Of a stretch of 64,000 nucleotides of DNA, positions 54,149 to 64,000 are shown piece by piece. The stretch is taken from NCBI GenBank assembly GCA_030141605.1, contig JAQGDQ010000492.1:62237-126236 (forward strand), written 5' to 3'. Numbering within the stretch: position 1 is the first letter of the stretch; every line of letters begins with the position of its first letter. The position numbers and the translations under genes were made by a program. The DNA comes from Tubiluchus corallicola (lineage: Eukaryota > Animalia > Priapulida). Below the pieces are notes generated by a model, which saw nothing but the letters and a program-made list of their open reading frames with translations, was not told the origin of the DNA and searched no databases.

Positions 54149-54603
54149 CCGTATTTTCCCGTGTATAAGAGACCCTTGTGTATAAGAGACCCCTTCAATT
54201 TTTAGGCAAAAATTCTGGAAAAAAGTTTTTTCAGACGCACATTTTTAGAGGGTAAAGTACAACTTTTTTCAACTCAGTGCGGTACTGAAAACAAAATAAA
54301 ACCAGTTAATGTGTTGTAGAAAAAGAGTACTGGTATATATTAAAGTGCGTACCTGCAAACCTGTAACAGGAAAAGAGAAAACGAGGAGATAATGCCTGTG
54401 TCACGATGCTTGTATTGCTTACAACCGCTTCATAGTCGAACGCGACACGCAAAACAGTTGTAGAGCACTTATTTCTTTAAAATCATTAGTGTCACAATTT
54501 ATGCATCTTATTGAAAAGACTTACTCCCATGTATAAGAGACCCCCTATTTTTAAAGTGAAAATTCTGAGCAAAAAAGGGTCTCTTATACACGGGAAAATA
54601 CGG
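54149..54603. mobile_element. Tc2/pogo-type MITE, second copy
   Basis: Same TIRs as 16425-17019, with TA on both flanks. Confidence 0.9.
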
Positions 54604-55017
54604 TAATAGGTTACTACATCATTAGGTTTACTAAAATGAACATTTTAAATAATTTTTGAAATTAAATTCTTTTTGAAAATGTAACAAAGCATGAAAGTTT
54701 AAATGTTTTTACGTTTAAAAGGTTTCTATGAAAGCAACTTCAGCAAATGTAGACGAACGTAGAAATTTTCAAAATTTGAATCTATACAACTGTCAAAATT
54801 AGGCCACTGTGAAATAATAAAAAAATAAAAATAATAATTAAAAACTCTATTACGCGTAAAACAATAATAATAATTAACAACACTATAACATTGCTGAAAA
54901 TTTTAGCAATATGCGATTTAGTATCAAATAAGCTTTCGTTGGTAGAAAATCTTATTTTAATTAAGAATTAAGAAAAAAGCAAAAAGTCACATCCTCTTAT
55001 TGAAATTTAAAGCAAAT

Positions 55018-55952
55018 TATGCTCATCATCAGTCAAGATGCCCCCACGTCCTAAACTTTGCTCATCATCAGTCAAGATGCCCCCACGTCCTAAACTTTGC
55101 CAACCTTTTCGGTCAAGATACCCCCACGTCCTAAACTTTGTCCATCGTCAGTCAAGATGCCCCCACGTCCTAAACTTTGCTCATCGTCAGTCAAGATACC
55201 CCCACGTCCTAAACTTTGCCAACCTTTTCGGTCAAGATACCCCCACGTCCTAAACTTTGTCCATCGTCAGTCAAGATACCCCCATGTCCTAAACTTTGTC
55301 CATCGTCAGTCAAGATACCCCCACGTCCTAAACTTTGCCCATCGTCAGTCAAGATACCCCCACGTCCTAAACTTTGCCCATCGTCAGTCAAGATACCCCC
55401 ACGTCCTAAACTTTGTCCATCGTCAGTCAAGATACCCCCACGTCCTAAACTTTGCCCATCGTCAGTCAAGATACCCCCACGTCCTAAACTTTGCTCATCG
55501 TCAGTCAAGATACCCCCACGTCCTAAACTTTGTCCATCGTCAGTCAAGATACCCCCATGTCCTAAACTTTGTCCATCGTCAGTCAAGATACCCCCATGTC
55601 CTAAACTTTGTCCATCGTCAGTCAAGATACCCCCACGTCCTAAACTTTGCCCATCGTCAGTCAAGATACCCCCACGTCCTAAACTTTGCCCATCGTCAGT
55701 CAAGATACCCCCATGTCCTAAACTTTGCCCATCGTCAGTCAAGATACCCTCACGTCCTAAACTTTGCCCATCGTCAGTCAAGATACCCCCACGTCCTAAA
55801 CTTTGCCCATCGTCAGTCAAGATACCCCCACGTCCTAAACTTTGCCCATCGTCAGTCAAGATACCCCCTCGTCCTAAACTTTGCCCATCGTCAGTCAAGA
55901 TACCCCCACGTCCTAAACTTTGCCCATCGTCAGTCAAGATACCCCCACGTCC
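55018..55952. repeat. 39-bp minisatellite, about 24 copies
   Basis: Unit ccatcgtcagtcaagatacccccacgtcctaaactttgc; intronic. Confidence 0.95.
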
Positions 55953-56534
55953 TATAAAGCTGAAATAAATTCATACTACAAACCAACGCATACATAAACT
56001 TTTGTCTTAATTAAACCAAAGCAGATTAACTATAACCAAGCCCAGGACTGCCAAAGACGTGTGATGGATAGCTTGTTGTTATTGTACTTCTACGTGAAGT
56101 AAAAGTAACCTTTACGTAGATTGGTGTGAAGTATTAATTAATTTCCGGTTTTATGGTCATGGGGTAAAATTGACTGACGATTTGTTCTATTTATCTATTA
56201 AATTTTTTAGCTCGTAGACATTTCTAAGACATAAAAGTACAATAATTAGGAAAAAAGCAATTATAAAAACGTAAAGTTATAACTTTCAAAAAACAAACAG
56301 ACAAATTGGTAAAAATATTTACACGAATAAACTACATTAAAAGTACATTCAAATTACAATTTTGGAGCACATGGATCAATATTGTAAATAAAATGCTTTA
56401 AGAAACCATTAGAAGAGTTTAAAATACGGCGAAAACGGCAGTTGAAATTGTATGTACATTTACGCAAAATAACTTTAAAATGGTTCTTGTATAATTTTCT
56501 ACACAGAATGATAATGTTAAAGACTTGCTTTTTT

Positions 56535-56769
<235 letters not shown>

Positions 56770-56969
56770 GAAGTTCATATCAATATTTCAAGAAATTTAC
56801 TAGGGCTACGAAGCATGCAGACTTTAGCTTATTAAAGTTATACAAGTTTTGCGAAGCTCGCCTTCAATATGTCAATAAAACAAAGAGTTTTTTTGCATTA
56901 CCGCTGTTGCTTTTATTTTCTAGCAGTTGTTTGCTTTTATTTGTTCTAGTTTTTACTGTCTGTTTTTAG

Positions 56970-57731
56970 GAAGCCCACTTTACTGTAACTGCTCAATGAC
57001 ATGGATGATACTAGAAAAATTGGGCAAGTATACAATCCACTGTGATAATTTTGATGGCGAAGAACAGTGGTATTTTCCAAAATTGCTCACATTAGCAATC
57101 TTCAATAAGATGTGTTTTAAAGATGACCCTGTTACAACAGAGAAGCCACCAACGACAACAACAGCAAAGCCCAATGAGCCTATAAATTGGAATATTACGA
57201 AACCGTGTGAACCTATTAACTTACCAATGTGCAAAGTGGATCAGCATCAACCATGCAGAATTACATGTGGATCCAAAGAACATATTCGTTATGGATTTTT
57301 CACAGAAATGCAAATGCAAATCGTCATTAACACTATGCCAAATCCCTTGAGGACATTCTACGTCATGAACTACAATGACACCAAACTGCCAGAATTCTTC
57401 TTAGTGGGAAAATCTATTGGTTCATTGTACATACGACGCTCTAATATTGAAAGAATCGAGGAAAATTCTATAGCTTGCGAAATTTTTGATAGCGTCCACT
57501 TGATAGCTAATCCCTACTTATCATTTATTCATCGCAAGGCGTTTGCAAATATGAAATTTATTAAAGGTTTGACCATTCTCTACAGTGGTCAGCTAACGTA
57601 TTTGGACATCGATGTGCGGAAATCACCTTACTTTGAGAAATTGATTGTAAAGTACAACGCTGTAACTACAATTGCTAATTTGAAGTTGAATTGGAAAAAA
57701 AATTACCTGGGCGTAAAAATTAACATCGAAG
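56970..57731 (+). CDS. LRR gene F exon 2 (762 nt, phase 1-1)
   Basis: Acceptor tgtttttag|GA, then SPLYCNCSMTW and IHRKAF. Donor GAA G|gtaaag. Confidence 0.86.
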
Positions 57732-58603
57732 GTAAAGCTAAATGTTCACTCTTATTGTAAAAGCTTGTAGAAGTTTTTCTATCTTAGGTTAAGAGAGTAA
57801 AGTGAGAAAACGGATTTGCTTTGACATGCAATGCAGGTTTGCTGATTGTACATGTCAGGTTACTCTCCAACTCCAAACTCAGGCTTGAAATTCAGCCAGT
57901 TTTAAGATTTGAATAGAAGTTTTACTAGGTTAAAATAAACTTACAACTGTGTGTTTTAAAGGCAGTTTAAAATGAGTGGTTATGAAGCGTTCAGTCAGTC
58001 AAAAATTTGTTAAATCTTGTTAACGTCTTTTTTGAATTATGCCAAAGCGTTTTAGCGGGAATGTTGATTATTACAGAATTTTGAAACACGAAATAATATA
58101 GGAAAAAATAATTCCCCCATAAAGTACCTAAAGGAATAATTTGGAACAAAATGGTTTTATCTTGCAATGAGTCAGTTTTCAATATACATAGTACATGGCC
58201 TTACATAACTCTAGACCTTTTGTACCTAAACTTCATCATTCCAGTGGTTGCGTGCTTTTTACTTTTCAGCACCTGTTCCGCATCTCTCGAGCTTTTACGT
58301 TTACTTTTCGTTTATTCGATTTCCGTACATTAAGGTTGATTCTGACGTATAAGCACCGTGACGTCACGCCACGTCACGTCACGTCAATTCTTGTCTTCCT
58401 GCTTTTGACAAAAAATTGTCGCATCGTGCTAAAATGTTGAAAGCTCCAAATGAATCGATGAAGTCCAAAAATTACAGGATCTTGTTAAAGCTAGTATAGG
58501 CAAAACCATTTCTCCATAAAGTGGGTCCACGAAAACTGGTTTCGCTCACAGTATTAAAATATTTTAGTTAAATATATGATAAATTTATTTGTTTATATCA
58601 TAG

Positions 58604-59416
58604 AGAACCAGTTAGTATGCAACTGCTCAATGACATGGATGAGTGGAATATTCCTTGGACCTTATTATGTACTCACAGATTCCTGGATCACATGTGAGTT
58701 TGAGCCAATAAAACACACACTGATGGAAGGCAAAACTGTGTACATTTGGGAAGCTTTAGATTACCCAAGTAACACGCATATTTGGAAGGTTGCCAATCTC
58801 ACTGAAGCGTGCAATTTTATCTCCAAATATTACCACACCACTCATGCTCCATTGCCAACTAAAACATGGATAGTGTCAGAAAATTCAACAATACGAACAC
58901 GAGACTGTGACTCAAATATACCCAAATGTCTTATCCTAAGCTATTACCATTGCAGAATTAGATGTGGCAGTAATGACGTCAGGCTCGAAGCTATAGATTT
59001 GGAGATCATATCACGTCTTTTACCTACTCAAGTAGATGCGCTTAGTATTTATAACTATGTTGATAAAAAACTACCGAAACACGCTTTCCATACAATAACT
59101 ATTGGTACGTTAAGAATAGCAGAATCAAATATTAAGTCAATAGAGGAAGAATCCATATATGGAAACATTACAGAATCGATCGTGTTACTTGACAACAATA
59201 AATTGACATCTATTAATGTTAACGCGCTGACGTGGCACAGATATTTAAAAAACATTCATATAATTGGTTGTTGGTCTTTGAAGCATCTTCGCTTTAACTT
59301 ATCACTGAACCCCCATTTCGAGAGGATCGAAGTAGAAAATTCAGGTTTGCAGGGAATGGGAACCCCCATTTTGCATCCAGAAAGACTCTACGGTGATGTT
59401 TCTATAAAGCTAACAG
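58604..59416 (+). CDS. LRR gene F exon 3 (813 nt, phase 1-1)
   Basis: Acceptor tatcatag|AG, then NQLVCNCSMTW. Donor ACA G|gtaagt. Confidence 0.86.
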
Positions 59417-59811
59417 GTAAGTAGGACGACGCTTTTCTTTCTTCTTTTTTCATCTGAAGATAAATTACGATGGTAGTTTGAAATGTCATTGTTTTTTAAC
59501 TGCTTATTTTTTTCATTAAAGATCTTGTCATTAAGAATTAAATTTATTTTATCAGATGTTTTTTGCTTTATAGGTTGTGATCAATAATTTTAACGAATGC
59601 AATTTTCCCGAAATAAAATCTCCACATTTATTTAACAAGGAAGAATTTCTCGGGACACCAAAAAGTAGAGCAGAACCTTCAAATTGTTATAAGTTTGTTT
59701 TTGTTAACGTGGCGATATAATGTTTGAAAAAATATTTTTTTAAATAAGCACTATGTTAGTATTCATTTGTTAGTGTCTTATCACCAACTAATATTCGACT
59801 GGCGTTATATT

Positions 59812-61205
59812 CTCTTTGCTACATCGACTTCCTTGCCAACACTGCACTCACTCTTTACTACGTCGACTTCCTTATCAACACTGCACTCACTCTTTACTAC
59901 GTCGACTTCCTTATCAACACTGCACTCACTCTTTACTACGTCAGCTTCCTTATCAACACTGCACTCACTCTTTACTACGTCAGCTTCCTTATCAACACTG
60001 CACTCTTTACTACGTCGACTTCCTTACCAACACTGCAGTCTTTACTACGTCAACTTCCTTATCAACACTGCAGTCTTTACTACGTCGACTTCCTTATCAA
60101 CACTGCAGTCTTTACTACGTCAACTTCCTTATCAACACTGCACACACTCTTTACTACGTCAACTTCCTTATCAACACTGCACTCACTCTTTACTACGTCG
60201 ACTTCCTTATCAACACTGCACTCACTCTTTACTACGTCGACTTCCTTATCAACACTGCACTCACTCTTTACTACGTCAGCTTCCTTATCAACACTGCACT
60301 CACTCTTTACTACGTCAGCTTCCTTATCAACACTGCACTCTTTACTACGTCGACTTCCTTACCAACACTGCAGTCTTTACTACGTCAACTTCCTTATCAA
60401 CACTGCAGTCTTTACTACGTCGACTTCCTTATCAACACTGCAGTCTTTACTACGTCAACTTCCTTATCAACACTGCACATACTCTTTACTACGTCGACTT
60501 CCTTATCAACACTGCACTCTTTGCTACGCCGACTTCCTTATCAACACTGCAGTCTTTGCTAAGTCGACTTCCTTATCAACACTGCACTCTTTGCTAAGAC
60601 GACTTCCTTACCAACACTGCACTCTTTACTACGTCGACTTCCTTATCAACACTGCACTCTTTACTACGTCGACTTCCTTATCAACACTGCACTCTTTACT
60701 ACGTCGACTTCCTTACCAACACTGCAGTCTTTGCTATGTCGACTTCCTTATCAACACTGCACTCTTTGCTACATCGACTTCCTTACCAACACTGCAGTCT
60801 TTACTACGTCGACTTCCTTATCAACACTGCACTCTTTGCTACGTCGACTTCCTTATCAACACTGCACTCTTTGCTACGTCGACTTCCTTATCAACACTGC
60901 ACTCTTTGCTACGTCGACTTCCTTATCAACACTGCAGTCTTTGCTACGTCGACTTCTTTATCAACACTGCGCTCTTTGCTACGTCGACTTCCTTATCAAC
61001 ACTGCAGTCTTTACTAAGTCGACTTCCTTATCAACACTGCGCTCTTTGCTAAGTCGACTTCCTTATCAACACTGCAGTCTTTACTACGTCGACTTCCTTA
61101 TCAACACTGCACTCTTTACTACGTCGACTTCCTTATCAACACTGCAGTCTTTTGCTACGTCAACTTCCTTATCAACACTGCACTCTTTGCTAAGTCGACC
61201 TCCTT
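59812..61205. repeat. 35/39-bp minisatellite, roughly 38 copies
   Basis: Unit ctttactacgtcgacttccttatcaacactgcact(cact); intronic. Confidence 0.95.
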
Positions 61206-62088
61206 ACTAGACACTTGCTAGACGCTTATTTGTGAATGTAGCTTATAGTTTTTTGTCTTTAGCTAACACGTCTATTTTGGCTACACGATGTAAAAACGAC
61301 TCTACTATAACAGGTATTTTAACGAATCTCTTTTTTCCACATTCTTTTTTTAAATTGCAACACGTTGACTTCAAGCTATGGAAATGTCGCTAAAATATAT
61401 CACACAGTAAAAATATTGTAGACAGTCGCGGGGCGAGTTAGTGGGTGGCTCAATGTGAAGGGGCCCCATAATTTCATTAGCCTTGGGCTTCAAAGAGTCA
61501 CCATCCTTCAATGCTTTTAATCATGGACTGGTCTGCGAAGTTACGGACTCGTCTTTTCCTGCTAGATGCAAACTCAATTATTCAATGTTTTGTTCACATT
61601 AGATTTTTTAAACAGCATCTTAAAATACATTTGATTAGATTGTTCTTTTTACGATAAACTAGTTTTAATTTTTAATGTTTTTTTCAACTTTATGTATCTT
61701 ATGACAATTAAGGTATTATAGAGAGATTTTAACAGTGCGCCATATAAATGGCGTTACATTTACATCTTCAGGTAGTCTACTACAGGTAGATTCTTTCTTA
61801 ACCGCGAATATGTTTTGTTACTTATTTCTTAAATTTTATCTTTCATTTACTTTATAGGTACCTAGTTACAGAGTTTATCTAGTCACCACACAAAACACAA
61901 AAAGTTGTTAATTTTCTTTGCGAATTATAACCAAACGCAGGTGCTGTACTGAACTATCAGAAACATTTTGGTGTTAAAATTTATACTTTTTTGCCGTAGT
62001 TGAAAATGGGTAGTATATGAAAAATCACCCTGTCTTCCTTTAAATTTGGAATCTTATATTAATAATGTGAATTGTTTCTTTTCCTCAG

Positions 62089-62808
62089 GAAATGATCTCA
62101 CCTGTAATTGTGGTTTAGAATGGACGAAAAATAGAAAGTGGAAGAAGTCAGTAATTGATTGTTCTGAGCCTGAAAGAGACCACTTGGTGGATGAAATAAA
62201 ACTTGGTGAATTTTATGGATGTACAAATGATACTGAAGCTGACTGTAGTTATGTGCCAACAAAAAATTGTCTTTCACGAAAAATGCCAAAAAACAAGCCA
62301 GGCTGCATGGTTGTCTGTGGTGTTCCTTCCAGCTACGCATTTGGACAAGTTCCTGAAGAGGTGTCAGAACCGCTGTGGGAAGATAAACTCCGTAAAATCA
62401 CCACTGAGGCTCTCCGCTACTGGACGCACTTGCTGTGGATTGCCAGGTACCAGGACGAACAATTACCAAAATTCTTTCTCGATGGTAAAGTGGTGGACTG
62501 GTTTTGCCTAAGTGATTCGAAATTTAAGAGACTTGGTAAAGAAGTTTTTTATGGTGACATCACAGACGTAATTGTTATTGCCCGTAATTCTCATCTCACT
62601 GACATTCATCCAAAAGCTTTTTACAGATTAAATGCCGTGAAACACATTTATATTCAGGAGTGCCCAAAGCTACAAAAAATCAGCCTAGATTTGTCGCGTC
62701 AGTTGAAAATTAAAGACATTGTAATACAAAATACTGGAATAACGCGAGTAGATGAACCAATCCTGCATCAATATAGACCATCAAAAATGGTACATCTGGA
62801 ACTATTAG
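62089..62808 (+). CDS. LRR gene F exon 4 (720 nt, phase 1-1); the gene continues beyond the window
   Basis: Acceptor tttcctcag|GA, then NDLTCNCGLEW and IHPKAF. Donor TTA G|gtaggt. No terminal C-cap exon is seen before 64000. Confidence 0.86.
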
Positions 62809-64000
62809 GTAGGTTATATTTGTTTACTAGTTTACCTATGTCTCCATCTATGTTTTAATTGTAAACACTAGTGTTATTGCCCCATAGTTTCAGGTGAAAT
62901 TAATATAATTATAACATGAGATAGCTTGAGCTTTCAATCGGAAATGAAATTAGAAATTAGTTTCTGACTTGGTCAGAAACTGAAGATTTTGCAATATAGT
63001 GAATAGTTACAGAATTGGACATTGAAAAGACGCTAGCCTTTTTGTTGAAAGTTCTAACTTATATTGGAGTGTTATATTGAATTCGGTTTGTTTGATGCAT
63101 AGGAACTGCACTTCATAATGAAATGTCAGCTTGTAACATTTAAACATGTGACCCAGGGGTCAGAAATCAAACAGACGCGGCATATCTTAGATCCGCCTCA
63201 TCGATACCTTTTATTCAATGTGCTACAAGGTACCATTGTTCAACACACGGTGCACTTCAGTTCCCAACCTCCATTTTTCGGTTTTTGCTCCCCAGCGGAA
63301 AATTTTACTAACGCTCACGTCCCATATTTTGTGATGTGCCAGGACACAACATCAGCTAGCAACATACCAAACACTGTGCCCAAACACATTGGGAGCAGAT
63401 GGATCATAAAGAAAAATAAATGAAGACCTGCTCGCTTCGTGACCTTTGACCCGGCAACTCGAGTTACATGTATACGTAGAAAACTTTTCCCAGAGAGTGT
63501 ACCCTGTGAGATTGGGTTCTCAGCCCTCAGCATGTAAAAGGTCACCAATTGGGGATCCCAAATTTGGCCCCTCCTTTGGGCATCTACCCCACAGTATCCA
63601 AATACTTGTGAAAAAAAGTTGGAAAAAACTGAATGCTCTAGGAGGAGTTGCGAACTAAATGAAAAACTGACCGAAGCGCACCGCCCTTCTCCTTGACCAG
63701 TCGTCAGTGATCATCACACTGTTGTACGTCCCCGTTCATGGCTACTCTGGGAGTTTGGTGACCCTAGCTTGCAAGGCTTACGAGTTATTAAGCATTAAAG
63801 TGGCGGAGAATAAATGCTAATAAATATTAATAATAACCGTATGAGAAACAGTGCCATAGCAAAATCTTAATAATTGTCCCGCATAGTACGATTTTTTATC
63901 AAAAGAAAAAGACAAGCTCCCAAGCTAGCTTTGAAGACATTTTGTTAATAAATGAAAAGGCAAGCACCCAAGCTAGCTTTGAAGGCATTTTGTAAATAAA

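Noticed and set aside
55038-55968. Long ORFs on both strands (KIPPRPKLCPSSV and similar)
   Set aside because: These are an artefact of a stop-free 39-bp unit, with no splice or homology support.
59767-61210. Overlapping ORFs with LRRLPYQHC repeats
   Set aside because: These are translations of a 35/39-bp minisatellite whose unit mostly shifts frame; they are not LRR coding sequence.
63100-63830. Possible Helentron/HINE-type interspersed repeat (gacctttgacc motif)
   Set aside because: Only weak motif resemblance; no termini, TSD or second copy is visible in this window.

Overview
This is AT-rich, intron-containing eukaryotic DNA, most likely from an invertebrate metazoan; the taxon cannot be determined from this window. 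The main content is a plus-strand cluster of a divergent extracellular leucine-rich-repeat (LRR) family. Every coding intron I could place in this family is phase 1 and sits immediately before the LRR C-terminal cap (NPxxCxC). The family members are: two secreted LRR-mucin paralogues with an acidic Thr/Glu stalk and a polybasic tail (1471-6754, 8741-14380); a minimal one-domain secreted gene (33534-37199); a damaged copy (38106-40700); a four-domain gene with a GPI-like tail (41890-51373); and a gene with at least four domains that runs off the window (52136 to beyond 62808). The cluster is interrupted by two minus-strand genes, LLPH (three coding exons, 16184-23699) and a single-exon soluble cytochrome b5-domain ORF (26398-26670). 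Introns and spacers hold two Tc2/pogo-type MITEs, a young 5'-truncated RTE LINE with a 14-bp target-site duplication, CR1 and RTE remnants, and many unrelated mini- and microsatellites. Exon boundaries were inferred by eye from GT/AG signals and reading-frame continuity; no transcript evidence is available.
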